DNA from: Planktomarina sp.
Lineage (GTDB): Bacteria > Pseudomonadota > Alphaproteobacteria > Rhodobacterales > Rhodobacteraceae
Assembly (NCBI GenBank): GCA_020629235.1
Contig: JAHDDS010000004.1
Location: 1,794-65,793, forward strand
Reading direction: 5' to 3'
DNA length: 64,000 nt
Shown one piece after another: positions 51,532 through 61,099 of this stretch; within the stretch, counting starts at the first letter, position 1; the number at the start of each line of letters is the position of its first letter. The position numbers and the translations under genes are program-made. Below the pieces are notes generated by a model. That model saw only the letters and a program-made list of their open reading frames with translations, was not told where the DNA came from and searched no databases.

Positions 51532-52670
51532 CCCTTCATGCCGTCCCAGAACCCTTTGACCCGGTCAAAAAAGCCGGACATCTGCGGGTTGTTGTCTTTG
51601 GACAGTTGTTCGAATTCTTCCAACAATTCCCGCTGGCGGGCGGTCAAATTCACCGGCGTTTCCACGGCCATTTCGATGAACATGTCGCCTTGGCCCGCGC
51701 CGCGCAGGGCGGGCATACCTTTGCCGCGCAAGCGCATCTGGCGGCCCGATTGGCTGCCTGCGGGAATCTTCACCCGGCTGCGGCCCCCGTCGATGGTGGG
51801 CACTTCCACGTCGCCGCCCAGGGCGGCTTTGGCCATGGATACGGGAACTTGGCAGAACAGGTTGATGCCGTCGCGTTCAAACAGATCGTGGCTGTCCACT
51901 TCTATGAAGATGTACAAATCGCCCTGTGGTCCGCCACGCAGGCCCGCTTCGCCTTCGCCGGCCAAACGGATGCGGGTGCCGGTTTCCACGCCGGATGGGA
52001 TGTTCACGGACAAGGCCCGTTCGCGTTCGGTGCGCCCGGCCCCGCGACAGCTGGAACAGGGGTTTTTGATGATTTGCCCGTTGCCCGAACATGTGGGGCA
52101 GGTGCGTTCCACGGTGAAGAACCCCTGCTGCGCGCGCACCTTGCCCATGCCTGAACACGTGGGACAGGTGGTGGGGTCGCTGCCGGATTCCGCGCCCGTG
52201 CCGTTGCACGACCCGCAGGATACGGATGTGGGCACGTTGATGGTCTTCTGCAGACCTTCATAGGCTTCTTCCAACGAAATGCGCAGGTTGTACCGCAGGT
52301 CTGATCCCCGGCTGGCGCGTTGGCCGCCGCGCCCACGTCCGCCCATCATGTCGCCGAACAAATCGTCGAACACATCCGAAAAGGCGGACGCGAAATCGCC
52401 CTGGCCGCCCATGCCGCCACCGGGCCGTCCGCCGCCCATGCCGCCTTCGAATGCGGCGTGGCCATACCGGTCATAAGCCGCCTTTTTGTCCGCGTCCTTC
52501 AGGACGTCATAGGCTTCGTTGGCTTCTTTGAATTGGGCTTCAGCGTTGGGGTTGTCGGCGTTGCGATCGGGGTGCAGTTCCTTCGCTTTGCGGCGAAATC
52601 CCTTCTTGATCTCGTCGGCGCTGGCCCCTTTGGCCACGCCCAAAACATCGTAATAGTCTCTTTTCGACAT
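51528..52670 (-). CDS. dnaJ: Chaperone DnaJ
   Basis: J domain HPD, G/F region, four CxxCxGxG repeats. Confidence 0.98.
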   Translation of the reverse strand: MSKRDYYDVLGVAKGASADEIKKGFRRKAKELHPDRNADNPNAEAQFKEANEAYDVLKDADKKAAYDRYGHAAFEGGMGGGRPGGGMGGQGDFASAFSDVFDDLFGDMMGGRGRGGQRASRGSDLRYNLRISLEEAYEGLQKTINVPTSVSCGSCNGTGAESGSDPTTCPTCSGMGKVRAQQGFFTVERTCPTCSGNGQIIKNPCSSCRGAGRTERERALSVNIPSGVETGTRIRLAGEGEAGLRGGPQGDLYIFIEVDSHDLFERDGINLFCQVPVSMAKAALGGDVEVPTIDGGRSRVKIPAGSQSGRQMRLRGKGMPALRGAGQGDMFIEMAVETPVNLTARQRELLEEFEQLSKDNNPQMSGFFDRVKGFWDGMKG

Positions 52671-52733
52671 CGGTTATCCCCCGAAAACTGGGGGCACCCC
52701 CCAATTGGGAAGTGCCCGGGGTTTCGGTTGGGA

Positions 52734-54644
52734 TCAGCGCTTGTCGCGATCCAGATCCTCGAAATCGGCGTCGACGATATCTTCGTCGGGCTCTGGCCCG
52801 CCATCGGCGTCGCCTGCATCGGCTGCGTCTTGGCTGGCCTTATAGATGGCTTCGCCCAGTTTCATCGCAGCTTCTGTCACGTTTTGAACGCCGGCTTTGA
52901 TCTTGTCGGCGGTGGATTTTTCATCCTCCAAATCGTCTTTCAGCGCGGCGATGGCCAGTTCGATCGCTTCCACAGTGGTGGGGTCCACTTTGTCGGAATG
53001 TTCTTCCACCGATTTTTCGGTCGAATGGATCAGGCTTTCCGCTTGGTTGCGGGCTTCCACCAGTTCGCGGCGGTCCTTGTCGGCTTCCGCGTTGGCTTCG
53101 GCATCCTTCACCATGGCGTCGATGTCTTCGTCCGACAAACCACCCGATGCTTGGATCGTGATCTTCTGTTCCTTGCCGGTGCCTTTGTCGGATGCACCCA
53201 CGGACACGATGCCGTTGGCGTCAATGTCGAAGGTCACTTCGATTTGCGGCATGCCGCGCGGTGCCGGTGGAATGTCTTCCAGGTTAAACTGGCCCAGGAT
53301 TTTGTTGTCCGCAGCCATTTCCCGTTCACCTTGGAACACCCGGATCGTCACAGCGTTCTGGTTGTCTTCGGCAGTGGAAAAGATTTGTGATTTCTTCGTG
53401 GGGATCGTGGTGTTGCGGTCGATCAAACGGGTGAACACGCCGCCCAGGGTTTCAATCCCCAAGGACAGGGGCGTCACGTCCAGCAGAACCACGTCTTTCA
53501 CGTCGCCTTGCAGAACACCGGCTTGGATGGCGGCGCCCATGGCCACAACTTCATCGGGGTTCACGCCTTTGTTCGGCTCTTTCCCGAAGAACTTGGTCAC
53601 CTCTTCAATGACCTTTGGCATCCGGGTCATACCGCCCACCAGAACCACTTCGTCGATGTCGCCGGTGGACAGCCCTGCATCTTTCAACGCGGCTTGGCAC
53701 GGCTTCAACGACGCTTTCACCAGATCGCCCACCAGGCTTTCCAATTTGGCGCGGGTCAGCTTCACCACCATGTGCAATGGGGTGCCAGTTTTGGCGTCCA
53801 TGCTGATGAACGGCTGGTTGATTTCTGTCTGGCTGGACGACGACAGTTCGATCTTGGCTTTTTCTGCCGCCTCTTTCAGGCGCTGCAGGGCCATCTTGTC
53901 TTTCGTCAGATCGACGCCGTTTTCTTTTTTGAATTCATCCGCCAGGTAATTCACGATGCGCATGTCGAAGTCTTCCCCGCCCAGGAACGTGTCCCCGTTG
54001 GTGGATTTCACTTCGAACAGGCCGTCGTCGATTTCCAGGATGGTGACGTCGAACGTACCACCGCCAAGGTCATAAACCGCGATGGTTTGCGTTTCTTTCT
54101 TGTCCAGACCATAGGCCAGGGCAGCCGCTGTCGGTTCGTTGATGATCCGCAGCACTTCAAGGCCCGCGATTTTGCCGGCGTCTTTGGTGGCTTGGCGCTG
54201 TGCATCGTTGAAGTACGCAGGCACGGTGATCACCGCCTGGTCCACGTCTTCGCCCAAATACGATTCAGCAGTTTCTTTCATCTTTTGCAGGATGAAGGCT
54301 GAAATCTGGGATGGGCTGTATTTTTCGCCGTGGGCTTCCACCCATGCGTCGCCGTTGCCGCCGTTGATCACGGCGAATGGCAGGTTCTTAAGGTCTTTTT
54401 TCAGGTGTGCGTCGTCGAACCGGCGACCGATCAGGCGTTTCACACCGAAAACCGTGTTGTCGGGGTTGGTGACGGCCTGGCGTTTGGCAGGTTGACCCAC
54501 CAAGCGTTCATCGTCGGTGAAGGCCACAATGGACGGTGTGGTGCGCGCGCCTTCGGCGTTTTCAATCACGCGGGGCTGCGACCCGTCCATGATGGCGATA
54601 CAGGAGTTTGTGGTCCCCAGGTCAATTCCAATGACTTTACCCAT
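52734..54644 (-). CDS. dnaK: Chaperone DnaK
   Basis: [34 protein letters not shown]. Confidence 0.99.
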   Translation of the reverse strand: MGKVIGIDLGTTNSCIAIMDGSQPRVIENAEGARTTPSIVAFTDDERLVGQPAKRQAVTNPDNTVFGVKRLIGRRFDDAHLKKDLKNLPFAVINGGNGDAWVEAHGEKYSPSQISAFILQKMKETAESYLGEDVDQAVITVPAYFNDAQRQATKDAGKIAGLEVLRIINEPTAAALAYGLDKKETQTIAVYDLGGGTFDVTILEIDDGLFEVKSTNGDTFLGGEDFDMRIVNYLADEFKKENGVDLTKDKMALQRLKEAAEKAKIELSSSSQTEINQPFISMDAKTGTPLHMVVKLTRAKLESLVGDLVKASLKPCQAALKDAGLSTGDIDEVVLVGGMTRMPKVIEEVTKFFGKEPNKGVNPDEVVAMGAAIQAGVLQGDVKDVVLLDVTPLSLGIETLGGVFTRLIDRNTTIPTKKSQIFSTAEDNQNAVTIRVFQGEREMAADNKILGQFNLEDIPPAPRGMPQIEVTFDIDANGIVSVGASDKGTGKEQKITIQASGGLSDEDIDAMVKDAEANAEADKDRRELVEARNQAESLIHSTEKSVEEHSDKVDPTTVEAIELAIAALKDDLEDEKSTADKIKAGVQNVTEAAMKLGEAIYKASQDAADAGDADGGPEPDEDIVDADFEDLDRDKR

Positions 54645-54754
54645 TTTAGCATCCCTTCCTTTGGCGATACCGGGGCATGGCCCGCATGTGCGGCATCCAG
54701 CGCCCTTTACAGAAAATTACCGGGGGAACACGCGTTTCCCCCGTTCAGCGCGCT

Positions 54755-54783
54755 ATATAGGAGGGGACGTATGACGCTGCAAG
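54755..54783 (-). promoter_or_regulatory. RpoH (sigma32)-type promoter of dnaK
   Basis: Minus strand CTTG-N18-CCTATAT matches the alphaproteobacterial RpoH consensus. Confidence 0.7.
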
Positions 54784-55439
54784 ATAAGGGGCCTGGGAAA
54801 TTGGAATGCGACGCGCATTTTGGGGGCTTAGGGCCAGTTCCCTGCCAGGTGTTGCGCGGTGTGCACATTCACCGCCACGCGCTGGACCCCGCCACGCAAA
54901 CCCAGGTTGTGGAAGATGTGCGCGCCATCGCCCAGGCCGCGCCGCTGTACAGCCCGCTGACACCTTGGGGCAAACCCATGTCTGTGCGGATGACATCGGC
55001 CGGGCAATTCGGGTGGTATTCCGACCGACGGGGGTATCGGTACGTGGACCGACATCCGTCGGGCAGCCCATGGCCCGCGATACCGCTGTCGATCCTGAAC
55101 GTTTGGACCCGCTTTGCGCCTGACGCCCCCGTGCCAGAATGCTGCTTGGTGAACTACTATGCCGAAGGCACACGGATGGGGTTGCACCAGGACAAGGACG
55201 AAGCGTGTTTTGACTGGCCTGTGGTGTCCATTTCCCTGGGCGATGATGCGTTGTTTCGTGTGGGCAACGTCACCAAAGGCGGCAAAACAGAAAGCACATG
55301 GTTGCAATCAGGTGATGTGGCTGTGTTGGGCGGTGATGCCCGTTTGGCATACCACGGTGTGGACCGGGTGAAGCCGGGCACCAGTGATCTTTTGCCGAAA
55401 GGTGGGCGGATCAATCTGACCCTGCGGGTGGTGACTTAA
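54771..55439 (+). CDS. alkB: Alpha-ketoglutarate-dependent dioxygenase AlkB
   Basis: MSVRMTSAG, GWYSD..GYRY, CLVNYY, LHQDKDE, YHGV, RINLTLR; start uncertain (ATG 54771 or GTG 54849). Confidence 0.9.
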   Translation: MTLQDKGPGKLECDAHFGGLGPVPCQVLRGVHIHRHALDPATQTQVVEDVRAIAQAAPLYSPLTPWGKPMSVRMTSAGQFGWYSDRRGYRYVDRHPSGSPWPAIPLSILNVWTRFAPDAPVPECCLVNYYAEGTRMGLHQDKDEACFDWPVVSISLGDDALFRVGNVTKGGKTESTWLQSGDVAVLGGDARLAYHGVDRVKPGTSDLLPKGGRINLTLRVVT

Positions 55440-56035
55440 CGCAAGGTGCAGACACCGGACAGCAGAACCTTCTGGTCGGTCAAAAACAGATCAGCCGCGA
55501 AGCCATAAACCTGATCCGACATGCCGTCGGTCCAAGTTCCCCCGTGTCGCACGGTCAGCAGAAATGATGGGCCTGCAACGGCGAAGCGGTTCACGTGGTT
55601 TTGGGACGCGTGGAACGTAACGGGCTGGGCCACTGCGTCGGGTGTGTCGGGTGTTGCAAAGGCGGCATCCGTGTCTGTCAGGGTCAGGGACCAAAACGGT
55701 TCGTTCCCGATGCAGCGCGTAATGGGCAATGTTCCCCGGCGACGCACCATGGGCTGGGCAAGGACAAATCCCATATGGATCCAGCCCGCCCGCCCATCTT
55801 GATTGACCAGTCCCCACCGCCCTTCGGTGTGCACGATTTCCAGGCCCTTGGTGTTTGGGGGCACCCCCCCGATGATTTGGCCTGTGGTGGCGTTGGGCGC
55901 GTCCCGCACGTTCAGCACATCGTCTGCCGACACACCCACAACATCGAACAGTCCTGGTACTTGGATGGATTGTGCATTGGCTGCACCCGCAAGGCCCAGG
56001 GCCCAAATCAAAACGGCGGCAAAGGCAGCCCTCAT
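55436..56035 (-). CDS. Exported SH3-domain protein (COG3650-like)
   Basis: Signal peptide; DVLNVRDAP...WGLV...AGWI SH3b motif; CIGNEPFWSL; DGMSD. Confidence 0.75.
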   Translation of the reverse strand: MRAAFAAVLIWALGLAGAANAQSIQVPGLFDVVGVSADDVLNVRDAPNATTGQIIGGVPPNTKGLEIVHTEGRWGLVNQDGRAGWIHMGFVLAQPMVRRRGTLPITRCIGNEPFWSLTLTDTDAAFATPDTPDAVAQPVTFHASQNHVNRFAVAGPSFLLTVRHGGTWTDGMSDQVYGFAADLFLTDQKVLLSGVCTLR

Positions 56036-56856
56036 CCCCGTGCGCCCCAGCTTTCGGAGGCGTGTTTGCGGGTGTAAAATTCGCCCATCAATCCGATCAC
56101 GAAGAACACCAATGCAAAGATCAAGGGATAGGTCAGGGACGTTTTATGCGGGCTGTAATTGATGAACGTGAATCCCCGGGTTTGGTCAATGATGTGAAAC
56201 AGCGGGTTCCAGCTGAACATCACATACATGAAATTGGGCAGGGAATTGGCCACAAACATCTTGCCCGATGCGATCATATTCACCCGTTGGTAAATGGTCG
56301 AAATCATCTTGACCGGTCCAGGGGCCCAGGGGGTCAGGGCCAACACCACCATCCCAATCGCGACGCCAGCCAGCCAGGCCAGCAACACCATCCCCAAGGC
56401 CGCCACGGGCTGTTCGATGGTCACGGGCACCATGATCACATGGTACAAATACAGCACGATAATCAGGGTCAACAGCTGGATATAGAGAGAGCTGAGCGCC
56501 GCCGCCGCTGTCGCGATCATGGTGTTCATGGGCGCGTGCTTCATCATGGCCGATGTTGGCCCTTCTGCGCCCGACACTTGCCCCACGGTTTTGATGTGGG
56601 TCATGAACACGAAGATGCCGGACATGATGTACAGCAAGAAGTCGCCCCGGATCTGCGCCCCGCGCATCCCCAAAATGGCGAACATCAAAAAGAACGCGCC
56701 AACGAACACCAAGGTTTGCATCATGTTCGACATCAGCGACAGAATCGCGTTGTTGCCGCCCGTTTTGCGCACCGACCGGACGATCGAATGGTACAGCAAT
56801 TCGAAGAACGCCAGCGTGCGTTGGAAACCGGTCTGGGGTTTTCGGACTTCAAACAT
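56032..56856 (-). CDS. ABC-2 polysaccharide export permease (KpsM/Wzm-like)
   Basis: About six TM helices; ASGKMF, WNPLFHIIDQTRG motif; ATG 56856. Confidence 0.82.
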   Translation of the reverse strand: MFEVRKPQTGFQRTLAFFELLYHSIVRSVRKTGGNNAILSLMSNMMQTLVFVGAFFLMFAILGMRGAQIRGDFLLYIMSGIFVFMTHIKTVGQVSGAEGPTSAMMKHAPMNTMIATAAAALSSLYIQLLTLIIVLYLYHVIMVPVTIEQPVAALGMVLLAWLAGVAIGMVVLALTPWAPGPVKMISTIYQRVNMIASGKMFVANSLPNFMYVMFSWNPLFHIIDQTRGFTFINYSPHKTSLTYPLIFALVFFVIGLMGEFYTRKHASESWGARG

Positions 56857-56973
56857 GTGACAACCTGCGTGTTTTCCTGCAGCGGGGGTGATTTTTTGTT
56901 TCGCTTTCCCGCTGCACAAAGTTACCCACGCTCCGTAAGAAAAGCAAATCACGCAAAAATAAGGTAAACGAGC

Positions 56974-57768
56974 ATGGATTTTGACAAATTGGTTCCTGTG
57001 ATGCGCCGTTTGGCCATCGAAGCCGGCGCCGTCATCATGGACATTTACAACAGCCCTGACTTCGACGTGCGGTCCAAATCAGACGACAGCCCTGTCACAG
57101 CCGCCGATGAAGCCGCCGATGCCTTGATTTCTGCGGGCTTGCGGGCGGCGTTTCCCGATGTGACGCTGATCACCGAAGAACAGGCCGACAGTCACGATCT
57201 GCAAAGCACAAATTTCCTGATCGTGGACCCACTGGACGGCACAAAAGAATTCATTCACCGTCGGGGCGATTTCACTGTGAACATCGCCTATGTCGAAGAC
57301 GGCGTGCCGGTGCGGGGCGTCGTTTATGCCCCCGCCAAGAACCGCATGTTCTTCACCCAAGCCGACGGGCAGACCGTGGAAGAAATGGGCGATTTCGCCT
57401 TGGACACCGTGGGGGAAATGAAGCCTATTTCGGTTTCTGATCCTGACAACACTGCCTTGCGCGTCGTGGCGTCCAAATCCCACCGCGACCAGGCCACGGA
57501 TGATTACATCAACCTGTACCAAACCGCCGACATGAAAAGCGCAGGATCGTCGCTGAAATTTTGCTTGGTGGCGACGGGCGAAGCGGACATTTACCCCCGC
57601 CTGGGCCGGACCATGGAATGGGACACCGCGGCGGGCCACGCGGTCCTGTCCGGGGCAGGCGGCCATGTCATCGAATTCGAAAGCCACGACACGCTGCGGT
57701 ACGGCAAAGACACCTATGCCAACCCGTTCTTCATTGCCTATGCCGCAGGCGTAGAATTGAAGAAGTAA
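56974..57768 (+). CDS. cysQ: 3'(2'),5'-bisphosphate nucleotidase CysQ
   Basis: KSDDSPVTAAD, VDPLDGTKEF, ASKSH, GSSLKFC, TMEWDTAAG. Confidence 0.95.
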   Translation: MDFDKLVPVMRRLAIEAGAVIMDIYNSPDFDVRSKSDDSPVTAADEAADALISAGLRAAFPDVTLITEEQADSHDLQSTNFLIVDPLDGTKEFIHRRGDFTVNIAYVEDGVPVRGVVYAPAKNRMFFTQADGQTVEEMGDFALDTVGEMKPISVSDPDNTALRVVASKSHRDQATDDYINLYQTADMKSAGSSLKFCLVATGEADIYPRLGRTMEWDTAAGHAVLSGAGGHVIEFESHDTLRYGKDTYANPFFIAYAAGVELKK

Positions 57769-57954
57769 GCGTTTCCAGTTTGGAAACAGTGGAAATATTT
57801 TGAAACTACTGTAATCCAGTGTGCAAAAGTCGCACTGCGGCAAGAAAGTTGGGCGGATTTACGCAATTCTCACTCTTCTTTGCAAAGCGTGGGTGACAGG
57901 ATTGCGGGTTACCGCTTAGGTGCCCCAAGGGGATCAGATTAAAGGCAAGACACG

Positions 57955-58845
57955 ATGAACAGAAAAGTCACCAAAGCAATTTTCCCCGTGGCCGGGCAGG
58001 GCACGCGCTTTTTGCCCGCCACAAAGTCCGTCCCGAAAGAGATTATGACTTTGGTGGACCGCCCCCTGATCCAGTACGCCATCGACGAAGCCCGGGCCGC
58101 CGGGATCAAAGAATTTATCTTTGTGACGTCGCGCGGGAAAGGCGCGTTGGAAGATTACTTCGACACGGCCCCCCAGTTGGAAGCGTCCCTGGAAGCCAAG
58201 GGCAAACAGGACCTGCTGGATGTGGTGCGGTCCACGAATATGGACAGCGGGGCCATCGCTTATATCCGTCAACACCAGGCCTTGGGTCTGGGCCACGCGG
58301 TGTGGTGCGCGCGCCGGTTGATCGGCAACGAACCTTTTGCCGTGATCTTGCCCGATGACGTGATTGCCGCCGACAAACCCTGTTTGCAACAGATGGTCGA
58401 AACCTATGAAGAAGTGGGCGGCTGCATGGTGGCTGCGATGGAAGTGCCCAAGGAACAGGCGTCGTCCTATGGCGTGTTGGACATCAAGGAAACCATGGGC
58501 CCGCTGATGTCGGTCAAAGGCATGGTGGAAAAGCCCAAGAAAGGGCAAGAACCGTCGAACATGGCTGTCATCGGCCGGTACATCCTGACCACGGATGTGT
58601 TGCGGTCCCTGAACAAAAAACAAGCGGGTGCAGGCGGTGAAATCCAACTGACCGACGCCATTGCCCGGGAAATCCAATCCCTGCGTCCGGTGTACGGGTA
58701 CAAGTTCGAAGGACGCCGGTACGATTGCGGCAGCAAGAACGGCTTTTTGGAAGCCACCGTGGCGTTCGGCCTGAACCGCCCCGACCTGCGCGATGATTTT
58801 TCCAAGTTCATTGCGGGCGTTCAAAGCGGTGCCCCGGCGGAGTGA
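57955..58845 (+). CDS. galU: UTP--glucose-1-phosphate uridylyltransferase
   Basis: PVAGQGTRFLPATKSVPKE, GLGHAV, LPDD, VEKP, GEIQLTDA. Confidence 0.96.
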   Translation: MNRKVTKAIFPVAGQGTRFLPATKSVPKEIMTLVDRPLIQYAIDEARAAGIKEFIFVTSRGKGALEDYFDTAPQLEASLEAKGKQDLLDVVRSTNMDSGAIAYIRQHQALGLGHAVWCARRLIGNEPFAVILPDDVIAADKPCLQQMVETYEEVGGCMVAAMEVPKEQASSYGVLDIKETMGPLMSVKGMVEKPKKGQEPSNMAVIGRYILTTDVLRSLNKKQAGAGGEIQLTDAIAREIQSLRPVYGYKFEGRRYDCGSKNGFLEATVAFGLNRPDLRDDFSKFIAGVQSGAPAE

Positions 58846-58871
58846 TCTGCGAAACGTGAAAGATCCGTCTT

Positions 58872-59957
58872 TTGAATGGTAAAGCTGGTCTTCAAAACAT
58901 AAAGCGCCGGGTCCAAAAAGGGCTGGGCGCTTTGTCGCTTTCTGCGCAGCGGGGCCTGGCCGCCTATGGCGCACGCACCAAACGCCGCCGCCTGCTGATC
59001 CGGGCCGCCCGCCACCGCCGCGACCTGGCGGGCGTGATGGACCGGACCCAAGCCATTGCCCCTGGCGATATCCTGGCCTTTGCCACCGTCCGAAACGAGA
59101 TGGAGCGCCTGCCCTTTTTCTTGGACCATTACCGCGCCCTGGGGGTTCGGCATTTCTTATTCGTCGACAACGCCAGCACCGATGGCACGGCGGAATTCCT
59201 GCAAGACCAGCCGGACGCATCCGTGTGGACCACCACGGCATCTTACAAAGCATCGCGTTTCGGGGTGGATTGGATCAACGCATTGTTGATGAAACACGGC
59301 ACCGGACACTGGTGCCTGACTTTGGACGCCGACGAATTGCTGGTGTACCCGCACCACGACACCCGGCCTTTGCCTGCCTTGACCCAGTGGTTAGACCGCG
59401 AAGGGTTGGTGTCCATGCAAGCAATGATGTTGGACATGTTCCCCAAAGGTCCGGTGGGATCCACGCCGGATGGGGCGGGGGGCAATCCGTTGGACCATTT
59501 GCAGTGGTTCGATGGGGGCAACTACGGTCTGCAAATCCAACATCCAATGCACAATCTGTGGATTCAAGGTGGCCCCCGGGCCCGGTGCTTTTTTGCCGAC
59601 GATCCCCGCCGCGCGCCAACGCTGAATAAAGTGCCCTTGGTGAAATGGCACTGGCGCTATGCCTATGTGAATTCGACCCACGCTGCCCTGCCGCCCCGGG
59701 TGAACCGGTCCTATGCCAGGGACGGGGGGGAATTCATTTCCGGCGCGTTGCTGCACACCAAGTTTCTGGACACCATCGTGGAAAAGTCAGCGGAAGAAAA
59801 AACCCGCCAGCAGCACTTCAACAAAGCCGATGCCTATGACGACTATTACGATGCCCTGACGTCCAATCCGACACTGTGGCATGACCAAGCGGTGCAATAC
59901 ACCGGATGGCAGCAACTGGAAGACCTGGGCCTGATTTCATCGGGGGGGTGGGCATAA
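58872..59957 (+). CDS. Glycosyltransferase family 2-like protein
   Basis: VRNE, FVDNASTDGT, WCLTLDADE (DxD), GGPR, LLHTKF; start approximate. Confidence 0.85.
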   Translation: MNGKAGLQNIKRRVQKGLGALSLSAQRGLAAYGARTKRRRLLIRAARHRRDLAGVMDRTQAIAPGDILAFATVRNEMERLPFFLDHYRALGVRHFLFVDNASTDGTAEFLQDQPDASVWTTTASYKASRFGVDWINALLMKHGTGHWCLTLDADELLVYPHHDTRPLPALTQWLDREGLVSMQAMMLDMFPKGPVGSTPDGAGGNPLDHLQWFDGGNYGLQIQHPMHNLWIQGGPRARCFFADDPRRAPTLNKVPLVKWHWRYAYVNSTHAALPPRVNRSYARDGGEFISGALLHTKFLDTIVEKSAEEKTRQQHFNKADAYDDYYDALTSNPTLWHDQAVQYTGWQQLEDLGLISSGGWA

Positions 59958-59980
59958 TGGCAGCGGAGTCTTGCGAAAAA

Positions 59981-60006
59981 GGGGGTCCGGGGGTGCAAGC
60001 CCCTCG
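59981..60006. repeat. Short REP-like palindromic element
   Basis: GGGGGTCCGGGGGTGCAAGCCCCTCG; its reverse complement contains GGGGCTTGCACCCC, similar to the head of the element at 43725. Confidence 0.4.
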
Positions 60007-60088
60007 CCAAACGATTCACGGTTTACTAAACAAGAACAATATAGTGTGGGCGCAGCGATTGGTTCGCCACAAGGAACGAGGGTGATCG

Positions 60089-61099
60089 GTGGGGTTTCGG
60101 CAGTCATACAGGCTTCGTTTGAAGCGGCGGCGTTACCTGGCGCGCGCCTGGCGCAAATCACGCGAATTGCGCAACGTGGTCAATCGCAGTGACACCACGA
60201 CGCCCGGTGGCATCTTTGTCTTTTCCACCCTGCGCAACGAAGCTGTGCGCCTGCCATACTTCTTGAACTATTACCGCCAGCAGGGCGTGGAACATTTTTT
60301 CATCGTGGACAACGACAGCAACGATGGGTCAACGCAGTTCCTGGCCGCCCAAGACGACGTCACGCTGTATTCCACCAAAGGGTCGTATAAATCGTCCCGA
60401 TTTGGGGTGGATTGGCTGAATTATCTGCAGGCAAAACACGGGGTGGGGCACTGGTGCCTGGTGGTGGACCCGGATGAATTTTTTGTCTTTCCATTTTGCG
60501 ACACACGCCCCCTGACGGCGTTGACCGATTGGTTGGATGCCACAAACGTGCGGTCGTTCAGCGCGATGCTGCTGGATATGTACCCCAAGGGGCCCATCAA
60601 CGACACGGTTTATGAAAAGGGCGATGACCCCGTCGCCGCCTGCGGGTGGTTCGACAGCGGAAATTATACGTACAAGCGCAACAGCTTTATCGGAAACATC
60701 TGGATCCAAGGCGGGCCGCGCACGCGCTTGTTCTTTGACGACGATCCCGCCAAGGCCCCGGCCTTGAACAAAACCCCGTTGGTGAAATGGGAAAAGGGGT
60801 TTGCGTACCTCAGCTCTACCCACAGTTTGCTGCCGCGGGGATTAAACCAAGCCTATGAAACCCAGGGCGGGGAAAAAGCGTCGGGGGTTTTGCTGCACAC
60901 CAAGTTTCTGTCCACCTTCAGCACCAAAGCGAAAGAGGAACTTGCCCGAAAACAGCACTATGGCAACAGCCACGAATACAAAGCCTATGCCCGGGTCAGC
61001 GAATCCAACCCGGACCTGTGGTGCAAATGGTCGGAAAAATACATCAACTGGCGGCAGCTGGAAGTTCTGGGCCTGATGTCGAAGGGGAACTGGGCATGA
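60089..61099 (+). CDS. Glycosyltransferase family 2-like protein (paralog of the upstream gene)
   Basis: LRNE, IVDNDSNDGS, WCLVVDPDE, GGPR, LLHTKF, WRQLE..GL..GNWA shared with 58872..59957. Confidence 0.87.
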   Translation: MGFRQSYRLRLKRRRYLARAWRKSRELRNVVNRSDTTTPGGIFVFSTLRNEAVRLPYFLNYYRQQGVEHFFIVDNDSNDGSTQFLAAQDDVTLYSTKGSYKSSRFGVDWLNYLQAKHGVGHWCLVVDPDEFFVFPFCDTRPLTALTDWLDATNVRSFSAMLLDMYPKGPINDTVYEKGDDPVAACGWFDSGNYTYKRNSFIGNIWIQGGPRTRLFFDDDPAKAPALNKTPLVKWEKGFAYLSSTHSLLPRGLNQAYETQGGEKASGVLLHTKFLSTFSTKAKEELARKQHYGNSHEYKAYARVSESNPDLWCKWSEKYINWRQLEVLGLMSKGNWA

